From: Callorhinchus milii
Lineage: Eukaryota
Direction of reading: 5' to 3'
NCBI RefSeq assembly: GCF_018977255.1
Contig: NW_024704770.1
Span: forward strand, 2,542,001-2,606,000
DNA length: 64,000 nt
Made by a program: the position numbers and the translations under genes. The notes below the pieces were generated by a model. The model searched no databases. It saw nothing but the letters and a program-made list of their open reading frames with translations, and was not told the origin of the DNA. Below, piece by piece: positions 26,701 to 42,978 of the stretch; within the stretch, counting starts at the first letter, position 1, and every line of letters begins with the position of its first letter.

Positions 26701-29430
26701 TAATTTGTTGTGGTTGTGCCCACAGAGGGAAGGCAGCTGTGCTGTGTCTGGCGTATCTCACTGATGTCCTCGTGGCCGGGTCATACGACAAAACCGTCAC
26801 CGTGTACGACCCCCGAGGTTTGAGAGCTCCTTTGTGTCGCTTGTGTGGCGGGGAGGGGGTGGGGGGGAGATGGCTAATAATCCCTTTAAAATAAAGGGGA
26901 GTACGATGATTTTGAACTGTATTCTCTAAGGAGGGTGGGGAGTGGGGGGGAGGCAGCGGAGCTGGGCGAGGGTGGGGGCTGGTGCCTTCGATGTCTTTGT
27001 TGGTCATTGTTGCGGTCATTTCTTCTCAGCAAGTGACCCTGTGATCACAAGCCGTAAGCTTCACAACAACGCAGTACTTTGCCTAGCGGCTGACGAACGT
27101 TACCTGATTTCCGGCAGCGAGGACAGGACCATGGTGGTGTTTGACCGCAGAGCCAACCGCGTCCTTCAGAGACTGCAGGTACGAATCTGTTGGCTGCCGC
27201 GTTTCGCCCACAAATATACAGTCAATTCGTTTGACAGGATATTCTGTGAAGCGCTTTGAGATGTCTCAACGACGTGGGAATTACATTAAATGAAAGGATT
27301 ATTATTATTATTATTGTTATGACACCCAGTAGAACAATATGATCTGTGTTTGCCTCAGCTGGATTCCTATCTGTTCACCGTCTCATACCGGGGAGCAGAG
27401 GTGTGGGCAGGAGACAAATGGGGCCTTGTGCATGTCTTTGACCAAAGAGGAGGACTTTTCCAACATGTCAAGGTAAGATGGGTGGTGGGAGGGTGGGTGG
27501 TGGCGGGGAGAGTGGGGTGGGGAGGGGAAGAACAATGTGGTTGATTGTGCTTCACATCCCCCGCCTCACCCGCCCCACCATTGGCGTATAGGCTTTTAAC
27601 CTCTCCCCCACCCCGGAACTCCATCTCACAATCCCTCCTTCAAGACACATCTCGAGACCATCCACTTCGCCGGTGCCTTCGGTCAGTCTCCTACCCCCAC
27701 CCTCCACCCCTCCTGAATCCCAACCACCAAATCCCCGATTGTCCAGCGCCTTGGGACGTCCTCCCGACGTGAAAGGCGCCGTGTAAATGTAACGTTTTGC
27801 TGTTGTGTTCAGGTAGAATCCAGGCAGTGCATGAGAGAGCTGCTATACTCCTTAGAAATTCAGTCAGTCGCTCATTCCCACTTAATTGGATTTGGGATCT
27901 TCTTAGACACGTTTCGTTCGTTCTTGCTCTGTAAGTCTCTTTGACGTACATTTAATTCAACCTCGTTTGCCTCAATTCGGGAGTATTTCCACAACGACCC
28001 AGGCAGCTGAGAAGGAGAAGTCGTCTCTGTTTCTCCCCAGGTGTCTGGCACCTTCCCCCCCCAAACCCCGTCCTCTTTCCCCCCACTCCCCACATCCACC
28101 CACTCACCCCTGACTCTCTCTCTCTCTCTCTTTCTCTGTGTCTGACTTTTTTCAGTGTTACAATGTTGGTCACCGATCTCAGCTAACGGGGATCAAACAC
28201 TCTGTGGGAACCTTGTACACGTCTTCAACGGATAAGACGATCAAGGTAGGAACACTTGACATGTGTGCAGTCCTGTTGCTCAATGGTTAGAGCAATCGCC
28301 TCGCAAGCCACAGGACCTGGGTTCAATTCCCAGCAGGGCGAAACGTTGGGCAAGTTTCCTTACTCCACACACACGCCTCTGCTTACCAGCAGTGAGTAGG
28401 AAGCCGGTTGTTAGTCGATTGGTGGATCGCTTTTCCAGGGGTAATAATCCCTTAAAAAAAAAATTGGTTCGGTCACACAATCCACGACGGTTTGTGGGAC
28501 GCCGCTGGGCGCGATTGGCTGCTGCGTTCCACCCACAAAATACACAGTCACTACACTTTACAGTATGCTCTGCGAAGCGCTTTGAGACGATAAGGCGCTG
28601 TGTCAAATGCAAAGATTATTATTATGTTTCGGAGTTTGACAGTATCGTGGCTTTCTTCCTCCGCTCCCTGCGGTGTACTAGTTTGTTTAACAGTTTTGAT
28701 GTCTCTCTCAGATCCATGTGCCCACAGACCCACCTCACACCGTCTGCACCATACCCCACAGGGACGTGGTCAATGGGGTGAGTCTCGTTCCTCTGAAAAC
28801 GCATCCCATTCTTTCTTGTCTGGTTTACAGTCACAGGTCCCATTCCCTTGTCTGGTTTACTCTTTGCAGTCGGAGAGAATGGGTGTGCGAATGGGAGAGA
28901 GGGGAGGAAGCAGACAGGGTTGTTGCTGCTGCTCTATACAGAGATCCTCTTGCTGGGATGTGTGCCTGAGATTACGTGAGGAGCTTATTTTCCGGAAGCT
29001 CAGTGGTGAGAGCACTCGCCTCGGGTTCGATTCCCCGAGGCCCGGCTGTAGAGGAGGATCTTGAGACGGGCCTTGAAAGAGGCGAGGGAGGGAGCGAGGC
29101 GAAGGGCGTGTGAGACGGTGGGGGGCAGAGAGGCTGAAAGCCCGACCACTGATGGTGGGGGGGTGGGGGAGGGGGGGCAACGTGGAACAGGCCTGAGCGG
29201 AGGGAGCGGACAGGTTGATATGGGAGTCAGCAGGTCACAGAGGTAGGGAGGAGCAAGGCCGCGGAGGGCATTGAAGGCCAAGGCGAGGATTATAGTTATA
29301 AGGTTGTACGCGACCTGTCAGTGGTGCGGTTAACCACCTCCTTGTCTCCGTGCAGATCAGCATAGACAAGAACGTGTTGGCAGCAGCCTCCGGGGCGATG
29401 TCGCTGGAGATCTGGCGAATGAACGAGTGA
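23719..29430 (+). CDS. FBXW9: F-box/WD repeat-containing protein 9; 10 coding exons
   Basis: Exons 23719-24145, 24867-25006, 25271-25399, 25787-25899, 26726-26817, 27030-27178, 27359-27472, 28156-28245, 28712-28777, 29356-29430 (TGA). F-box [32 protein letters not shown], then WD40 repeats ([52 protein letters not shown]). ATTAAA at 30254-30259. Syntenic with TNPO2. Confidence 0.92.
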
Positions 29431-29770
29431 GCGAGCGTGTGTGTGAGCGAGAGAGCGAGCGAGCGAGTGTGCAAGAGAGCGAGAGAGTGAGTGAGCGAGC
29501 GAGCGAGGGGCTACCATTTGCTGCGATTCCTCCACCACAATATAATCAGGAAGGTGAGGAGGTGGTCTCACCTCGGGCTCCCTCTGCCCCCCCCGCACTA
29601 CAACTGGGCCCTCGAACTCTACCACTGACGGGCTGTTAGGAAAAATTACACGAGTGACGGGTGAGATGGCTTTGTGTCGGTGCCAGAAACATGCACAACT
29701 CGGTGTTTCGGGGCAATTAAATTCCTGTTGATTTGGCACAGTTACTTACGATTGCTATTCATTCATGTCG

Positions 29771-30180
29771 AGGAGTTCCAGTGGTTAGAGCACTCGCCTC
29801 GCAAGCGAGAGGACCCGGGTTCGATTCCTACCCAAACCGGGCGAAACGTTAGGCAAGTTTCCTTACTCCACGCACACACACACACACACACGCACACGCC
29901 TCTGTTTACCCAGCAGTACGTAGCAACCCGGTTGTTAGTTGATTGACGGATCGCTTTTCCGGGGAGTATTAATCCCTTCAGAATAAATTTATTTAAAAAA
30001 AAAGTGATTTGGTCACTCAGTCCACGACCGTGTGCGTGGGACGCTGCCGGGCGCAATTGGCCGCCCCGTTTCGCCCACAAAACACACGGTCACTGCACTT
30101 TACAGTATATGCTGTGAAGCGCTTCGAGACGTCTCGAAGACGTGATAAGGCGCTGTGTCAAATGCGAGGGTTAGTATCAT
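29771..30180 (+). mobile_element. Deu-type tRNA SINE in the FBXW9 3' UTR
   Basis: Matches family consensus; lies between the stop (29430) and ATTAAA (30254). Confidence 0.85.
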
Positions 30181-31013
30181 TACAGCCCTCAAAAAGCACT
30201 TAGAAGTGAGCATTTGTTCTGTCCTGGAAATTGTGCTCCGTAAATGTTGGTAAATTAAAAGTGATTTTTGTAGAAAGTGTTTGGGGGTTTTTTTTTTCTC
30301 GCTAATTATTTTGGAGGGGGGGGGGCGGCGTTGAGGGCACGGGTGATGCAGCGCTCTGGGACCCTATATAAATGCAAGTTGTCGTCGTTGAGTCCTGTGG
30401 TTAGAGCGCTCGCCTCGCAAGCGAGAGACCTGGGTTCGATTCCCGGGCGGGCAGGGCAAAATGTTGGCAAATTTCCTTACTCCACACACACGCCTCTGTT
30501 CACCCAGCAGTAGTGACTAACCTGTTTGTTAGTTGATTGGCGGATCGCTTTCCTGGGGATAATAATTTGGACACTCAATCCACGACTGTTTATGTGGGTC
30601 ACTGCTGTGCGCAATTGCCTGTTAACGTTTCACCCACAAGACATACAGTCACAGGATTACACGTTACAGCGTATCCCGTGAAGCACTTTGAGTCGTCTCG
30701 AAGAAGGCGATAAGGCGCCGTATCAAATGCAAGGATTATTATCATTCATCGCCGTCGGACAATGGGAGGATGCGAGAAAAATAGAACGGTTGGAGGGAGG
30801 GAGGGAGGGAGGGAGCTGGGAGATTGGAGGAGAAACAAAATGATGAACGTACGTTCAACGGAATTTACAAGGAGTTTATTGCAATAAGGTTCACCGGTTA
30901 ATAACATTACTGCATTCCTCCAGCCAGCTTCACTCCTGTGCTTGCGCCAGGCGGCGCTGAACACTTCTCCTGAGAACGGTTTTGCTGCGTCCCGCAGAGG
31001 GGAGGAGGGAGGT

Positions 31014-32018
31014 CTAGAGCAGGACGCAGGGCTTCTTATCCTTGAAAGGGTTGTCGGAGGTGGGTATCGGCCTCAGCAGAGGGTCACTCAGTGCATGTTC
31101 CTCACAGTATCGCACCAGCTCTGCGGCAGCCTTTGAGATCTGGGGAGGTGAGAGAGAGAGAGAGAGAGAGCTGGAGTGACTGCACTTGACAGCGAGATAG
31201 GCGAAGGTAATAAATGGCGAGGTTAGTGGTGAGCAAGTAAGAGTTTGAGCCAACGGAGTCACTCTGCCGCTGTCTGGAGTGAGGACTTTAAAGCAATCAG
31301 ATGCGTTAGTCCTGTAACTCAGTGGTTAGAGCATTCGCCTTGCAAGCGAGAGGACCCGGGTTCGATATCTCCCCCCCCACCCCAGGCAGGGAGAAATGTT
31401 GGGCAAGTTTCCTTACTCCACGTCCACATACATGCCCTCTCTTTACCCAGCAGTAAGTAGGAACCCGTGTGTTAGTCGATCGGAGGATCGCTTTTCCGGA
31501 GCTAATAATTCCTTCAAGAAATAATAATAATAAACTGGTACATTAATCCAGGACTGTTTGTGGGGGACGCTGCTGCGCGCAATTGGCTGCCGCGTTTCGC
31601 CCACAAAATATACAGTCAATTCACTTTACAGTGTATTCCGTGGAACGCTTTGAGACGCGATAAGACGACGCTGTATCAAAATGCGGTGATTATTATATTA
31701 TATAAGTTGTTGTTGTTCTTGATCATTGGCTGTGAGTCCCGAGGAACGGCCTGGCTCGGGGAGTATAAAAGTTTCAGTCAGTTCAAAAAGTAACTTGGAC
31801 GCAGAAAATTGGGTACGAAACTCGCCTGAGAAAATAATCCCCCCTTCGAAGCTTCAGTAGAGTGCAAACTGATCGCAACGTCTACTCCGTGGCACGAGTA
31901 AAGAATTTTAAGAGAAGACGCTTACCTTTACCCTCTCGATCCCAGACTCGATGCGGAGCTGCTCCACGAGTTTCCTCGCCTGAGCCGTGCTGTTGGTGCT
32001 CGTGGCTTTCGTTGACAT
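31014..32018 (-). CDS. GNG14: Heterotrimeric G-protein gamma subunit, 72 aa (GNG7/GNG12 class; GNG14 by synteny)
   Basis: Exons 32018-31926 and 31139-31014: [31 protein letters not shown]|[45 protein letters not shown] and NPF motifs, CaaX CVLL, AATAAA on the minus strand at 30875-30880. The symbol rests on the position between FBXW9 and DHPS, antisense to both, as in human. Confidence 0.85.
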
Positions 32019-32492
32019 GGTGCGACACGGCAGCGCCGAGCGGGGACCTGGGACACAAAACAACAACAACAACTCGCATTTATTTACACAGCGCCCCTCG
32101 CGCAGGACAGCGTCCCAGAGCGCATAATACTGCGTGAAATAATAATAATAATCCTCGCATTTGATGACACAGCGCCTCAAGGAATTATCACCCCCAGAAA
32201 AGCGACCCGCCAGTCGACTTAACAACCAGGTTCCTGCTTACTGTTAGGTGAACAGAGGCGTGTGGAGTAAGGAAACTTGCCCAACATTTCGCCCGGGACT
32301 CAGACTCAGGTTCTTTCCCTTGCGAGGCGATTGCTCTATAACCACTGAGCTACAGGGCTCCAGAAATGCCGGTAACTCCGTCCTTCGCGTCAGCAGTTTA
32401 TAATAAAAAGATTATTCCTGACTGCACTGCGACCCTCAGGTTTTTAACCGAGAACTGACACGGGATGGGAAACCGGCCGCTCCTTCGCTCAC

Positions 32493-32732
32493 CTGGACTG
32501 AAGGTGGTCTCGATTCTTTCTCCCTGGTCCTGACTGAAGATCGGGATCAGCCGTCCTCGTTGGATCACTCTCCTGATAAGAAGCCGGGAATCGTATGTGC
32601 TGCTGTCTCCCACCGCTCCACCCCTATTTGCCTCCGCTTCTCAAATCCATTCGCTACCAAGAGCTCAGGAACAGCAGCCTCTCCCTTTGATGCCGGGTGG
32701 AAGCGGGCGACACGCTGAGAGATTTTTTTATA
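32493..32732 (-). promoter_or_regulatory. Probable TATA promoter and non-coding first exon of the G-gamma gene
   Basis: Minus-strand TATAAAA at 32726-32732, donor CAG|GTGAGC at 32493/32492, acceptor TCCCAG at ~32047 before ATG 32018. Confidence 0.5.
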
Positions 32733-33214
32733 GTTAAATGTCAAACTTCAAAAAATATCACTCTACGGATCTCTGTTTATTTCTAATCCCCTTTTGTCCC
32801 AAAATAAACCGTCCTTCGGGCTCTGGAACTGCTGATCTTCAGAGAGGCTGACGTTCTCTTAGCTTTGTTCCTAATTTGGCCGCTCCACCCGCGTCGGTTT
32901 GCGCGCCGTTGGCTGCTGCGATTCGCCCACAGTCACTACACTTTGCCGTTCACGCGCCCGTCGCGAAGCGCTTCGAGACAGGATCTGAACGACGTGATAA
33001 GTGGAGTCCTGTAGCTCAGGGGTTGTGCGCAATTGGCTGCCGCGTTCGCTCACAAATATACAGTCAATTCACTTTACAGTGTGTTCTGTGAAGCGCTTTG
33101 GGACGTCCTCCCGACGTGAAAAGCGCTATATCAAATGCAAAGGATTATTATTATTATTATTGTTATTGTTAATTCTGAGCGATGCGATGGTTTGTGGCTT
33201 TCAGTGCATTGTCA

Positions 33215-34079
33215 ACCGAGGGGGGCGGGGCGAGGTGACGTAGGGGGGTGGGGCTGTGTTGGATGACGCCTAGATAGGGGCGGGGCAGCATTGGGTGACA
33301 CTCAGGAGGCGGGGCCTGCATTGGGCGACACCCGGAGGGGGGCGGGGCTGCATCGGGTGACGACGGAGGGGCGGGGTGAAGTTGGCTGACGCGGAAGGGC
33401 GGAGCGAGATGACGTGACAGGGCGGGCTGGGCGGAGCGAGATGACGCGGCAGGGCGGGCTGGGCGGAGCGAGATGACGCGGCAGGGTGGGCGGGTCTGGA
33501 CCGGCTGACGCGTGGAGACCGAGCTGCGGCCCTGACGGTGAGTGAAGCCTCGGGGTCGGGCTGGGAGCCGGGCCCGGGATTGGGGGGGGGGGGGGGGGGG
33601 GGTGAAGGCCGCCCACACCCGGGGGGTGGGGTTAGAGACACAGTGGATCTGGTTACGAAGCTGTAGTCATAAACAACAACGGCGACGACGACAACAACAA
33701 CATCAACCCCGGCCTTTGACCCCCCCCCCCCTGGCGCCTGGGTCACGTGGTCGAGGCGCCTCAAAGCGCTTCCCAGAGAATACGCCGTCAAGTGTAGTGA
33801 CTGTGGGCTCGGCGCGCGGTGGCGGTGGTGGTGGGGGGGCGCTTCCCTGCTGATGACTTGGGTTTACCCGAACGGCGCAGACGGGACGAGGGGCTGTGGG
33901 TAACGCTCCCCCATTCCCCCCCCCCCCCCCCCACCCCGAGGGGGACCACAGGGAGATGTTTTGGTGACTCTCCTCTCTTTCCCCCCCCCCCCACCCCCCG
34001 CCAGCCCCGGTCAGAGCCGACCGAGCGTCCTTCCCCCCCCCAACCCCCATCTCCTCTCCCTCTCTCTCTCTCTGGGCAG
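33215..34079 (+). promoter_or_regulatory. CpG-island promoter of DHPS with tandem GC-box/TGACG units and a probable non-coding first exon
   Basis: Many GGGGCGGGG boxes, CATTGG and TGACG motifs; ~29-bp unit GGGCGGAGCGAGATGACGCGGCAGGGCGG x3 at ~33395-33495. Donor ACG|GTGAGT at ~33537; acceptor CAG at 34077-34079 directly before the ATG. Confidence 0.65.
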
Positions 34080-38893
<4,814 letters not shown>

Positions 38894-39330
38894 GCTGCAC
38901 CCTGGTGTCTGTGACCCGGACGCAGAAGGAGAGGCAACCTCCTGCAAGGTCAAAGGAGTCGGACAAAGAGGAGTCCTGCAGCTCCTCGGAACTGCATTTG
39001 ACTTGGCTGGTTATAGTCGATTTGCTGCTGGGCTGTTTGAGGGACAGGTCGAGGCGCCCTTTATTTATTTCACTCTCCCTCCTTACTGTGGTCCTCGCCA
39101 TTTACTCTCAGGAATTTAGTTTAGCATATGACTACTTTAACCGCATTTACTGTCCATCTGAAATGTCGGCTGCTTGCGGGACTTGAATTAAAGCAGATTC
39201 TTCCCACGCTCAGTTTCAGACAGTTCAACAACAACACAACACGTAGCACCTCTCAAGTTGGTTGGGAGGACATAGCTAAGGAAGGTCCCGGGACCTGATG
39301 TTGGTCGAGGCGGGCTCCGTTAAAAGGGCT

Positions 39331-42300
39331 TCACAGCGGCATCTCGGCCTCTGGGTCGAAGGACTCGTCTCGCCAGACCTGGACGCTGCCCTCGGTCGCT
39401 GTCAGTAGGCACGGTTCTGTCGGGTGGTGGGACAGTGATTGCACCACACCCTTTCCAACTGGGATGGTCGCAGCCAGCGAGCCCTGGCAAAGCAAATCAA
39501 GTCAGTCAGACCTATTCAGTGAATTTCACCCACAAAACACACAGTCAATTCACTTTACAGAGCATCCTGTGAAGCACTTTGAGACGTCTTGAAGGTGTGG
39601 TAAGCCGCTGCATCAAATGCAAGGATTATTATTATTATTTATTATTATTACGTCCTGCCCCATTTCCTCCCCCCCCACTTTCCCTCCCGGCTGGGGTTAT
39701 AAATGGCCTCGGCACCCTTGTCCTGAGGTTTAGGGGGAAGAGAGAATTAGCCAGGATCTCCCATTATCTCACCCCCCCCCACAACCACTCACACAGGGAC
39801 ACACTCACCTCACCCACCCCCCCCTCAAACACACACACACACACATATACACAGACCCACAAACACAGACACCTGGTAATGAAAGGCATGCCCTCACCTC
39901 AATCAGATCCCAGATGTAAACACTGCCATCTTCTGAGGCGCTGAGCACGTGGGTGTCGCTGTGGTTCAGACAGCAGTCCAGCTTGTATTCTTTGTTCTGA
40001 TGTCCCTTGTATCTGAGGAGACGGAGAGGCAAGACAGTCAGATTCTCCAGTAGATAAAGCTCTGCCGCTGAAAACACTGACGGTAACAGCACAGTCCGAA
40101 CCTAGTCACCGCGGAATGGGCAAAGCTGTGTATGTGTGGTGCGTATGTGTGGTGTGCGTATGTGTGGGCACTTACTCTCCCAGTAGCTCCCCAGTCTCCT
40201 TATCAAGTAGCCGGAGTGTGGAGTCCAGGCTGGAGATCAGTGTACACTGGCCGTCTTTACTGAAACAAACGCTTGTTATGGGGCCTGTGAGAGAGGGTAG
40301 AGCTTGTTAGTTCCTCGCTGTGTGCTGAAGTGCAGTGAACAGATGCAAGAGGCGCTACACAGTCACTACACTTTACAGTATATTCTGTGACGCTCTTTAA
40401 TAATAAGCAGTAATAATAATAATAATAATAATCCTTGCATTTGATATAGCGCTTTTCAGCCTTCTATAGTATTGAGACGTCTCGAAGACGTGATAAAGCG
40501 CAGTGTCATATGCGAGGATTATAATTATTTATTATGTAATATTACAGTTGGTACTTACTAGCGACGTAATCTGTGAGGAGTCGGCCGACACGCAGGTCAT
40601 ATCGCCTCACCCGCCCGTCCACAGACCTGAAACACAAGTATCATCCATCACCGAAGGCCCCCGAAGACGAGTGCGCGCGTGCTGCACTGCGCTGTTTGTT
40701 GTTCCGCGCCACTGACCCCGAGAGAATTTCGTGGTCTGAAACCTTCACGCTGGAGATGCCGTCATTCGCTTCGTCCATAACTTGGACGGGGTCTGGCTTC
40801 CGGGAGCGACAATCCCAACATCGAATGGAGGAGTCGATGGAACCTGGAGTTAGATACGAGGTGACTTAAATAATAATCCGTGCATTTTCGAGACGCCTCA
40901 AAGCGCTTCACAGGAATATACTGTCAAGTGTAGTGACTGTGTATTTTGTGGGGCGAAACACGGTAGCCCCACAAAATACAAACTGGATGGATCTTGGTCT
41001 TTCTTTCCTCCAGCATTTCTGAGGTGGCTCTATAATACTCTCACTCAATCCCTTTGCCTTGCCCCATCTCTCCTCTCGTTGAAGTCCCGCCTGAAAACTT
41101 TCCTCTTCGACCGAGCTTACGGCCACCTCTCCCCCTCCCACCGGCTGGGAATCGGGCTCTGCCACAGTTAAGCGCTCTGAGGTGGTACCCTGCGTGGAGG
41201 GCGCGGTATAAGTGCAAGTTGTTGCTGTCTAATCTGTGTGGTGCTTTCAATGCCCCTATGCTACAGAGGAGGAATTAAATCTGCCAGGGTTGAAAAGTCT
41301 ATCTGGAGACCTGCTGGAAAGTAGGATTGAGGGCAGTGGATAAAGATAGGAACATCAGTGAGATGTCCCATTGAGACATCAGCCTACATCTCGACTTCAC
41401 ATTTCATTTCTCTCTCACCTGAGACAATGACAGTGGACGCCTCGTTGAATTCTACACAGTTTACTTTCTGTGAAGGCAAAACCAAGGCGAGTGGTCAATG
41501 CTTATCTTAATAATAATAATAATCCTTGCATTTGATACAGTGCCTTATCGCGTCTTCGAGACGTCTCAAAGGCTTCACAGAATACACTGTCAAGTGAACT
41601 GACTGTATATTTTGTGGGCAAAACATGGCAGCCAATCGCGCACAGCGGCGTCTCACAAACAGTCGTGGATTGAGCGACCAGATTATTATTTTTTTTTTAT
41701 TTCATTTTTTTGAAGGGATTGTTACCCCCGGAAAAGCGATCCGCTAATCGACTAACAACCGGGTTCCTACTTACTGCCGGGTAAACAGAGGAGTGTGTGT
41801 TGAGTAAGGAAACTTGCCCAACGTTTCGCCCTGCCCGAGAATCAAACCCAGGTGCTCTAACCACTGAGCTACAGGTCTCCAGGATAACAATCAGCGAGCG
41901 GATAGCGCATTACGAAGCGATGTCCTCTTACTCCTGCGTGACCTCGGAATTTGCGCATCAGCTGTCCTGTTGCCACGTCCCAGAGGATGATGGTTTTATC
42001 AGCTCCGCACGAGCAGATCTGGCTGTTATCACAGGATCTGTGCAAAGCAATGGATAAAGCAGCAATGAATTATCCTTTCACAGTTCCATCCTGATTTCTG
42101 GTACTCCTGAAAGTTTAATATCCAAAGTGCTCTGACAGTGGAGCACTCCATCAACACTGCACGACAGATAGAGTTCACTCTGGAACCGTACACCGCAATT
42201 CCTCCGGCTCACCCCCTCTCTTGCCTCTTTCAAGTTCCGCCTTCAGCCACCCTCCCACCCCCAGCGCCCTCCACCCTTCCTGACCCCAACTCCCAGCTCG

Positions 42301-42529
42301 GGTCCAAAAAACCCTACACAAGAGTCATTTGTAAGGCAGATCGTTGTCAGTGATGTAAACACCACACTTTAAAGAACCAGCACACAATCAAAGTGTCCGA
42401 GGACGTACCCGGCAGCGTCCAGCACCTCGTAGCCATGACCAGCGTACGTCTTCAGCAATGTTCCTTTGTGCGGATTCCACAGCTTCAGTGACTTGTTACT
42501 GCCACATGTTAGGCAGTAATTGCCATCCA
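39331..42529 (-). CDS. WDR83: WD repeat domain-containing protein 83 (MORG1), 5'-partial; 8 coding exons
   Basis: Exons 42529-42409, 42037-41932, 41467-41419, 40843-40717, 40626-40559, 40284-40176, 40012-39898, 39483-39331 (TGA). Translation [41 protein letters not shown]...[15 protein letters not shown]...[18 protein letters not shown]. The first coding exon is absent, consistent with loss in the gap at 42954. Confidence 0.94.
41510..41881 (-). mobile_element. Deu-type tRNA SINE, sense to WDR83
   Basis: Reverse complement of the family consensus. Confidence 0.85.
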
Positions 42530-42953
42530 CTGAGGTGCGGGGAGAGAGAGAGAGAGAAACACAACAATAATAATCGTATGATAATAATAATCCTTGCATT
42601 TGATGCAGCGCCTTATCGCATCTTCAAGGCATCTCAAAACGCTTCACAGAGTATAGCTGAAAAAGTGTAGTGACTGTGTGATTCATGGGCGAAACACGTC
42701 AGCCAATTGCGCACAGCAGCGTCCCACAAGCAGTCGCGGAATGAGTGGCTGAATCCCCCAACTCCGATGGTGGGGAGGAGGGCGTGAGGGACGAGCAGGA
42801 GGCCGGTCGAGCGGAGGTGGATCGGGGAGTGAGGAGGTGGGAGAGGGAGGGAGGGAGTTGCCAGGGAGTGAAGGGATTTGAACACGAGTGTGAGGATCGT
42901 GAATTAGATCCATTTGGGCCGGAACCCCGTGAAATGCGGGGACGCAGTTTGGT

Positions 42954-42978
42954 NNNNNNNNNNNNNNNNNNNNNNNNN
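42954..42978. other. Assembly gap (25 N), size clearly underestimated or a mis-join
   Basis: Interrupts a GTF2F1 exon on one side and a WDR83 intron on the other. Confidence 0.95.
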
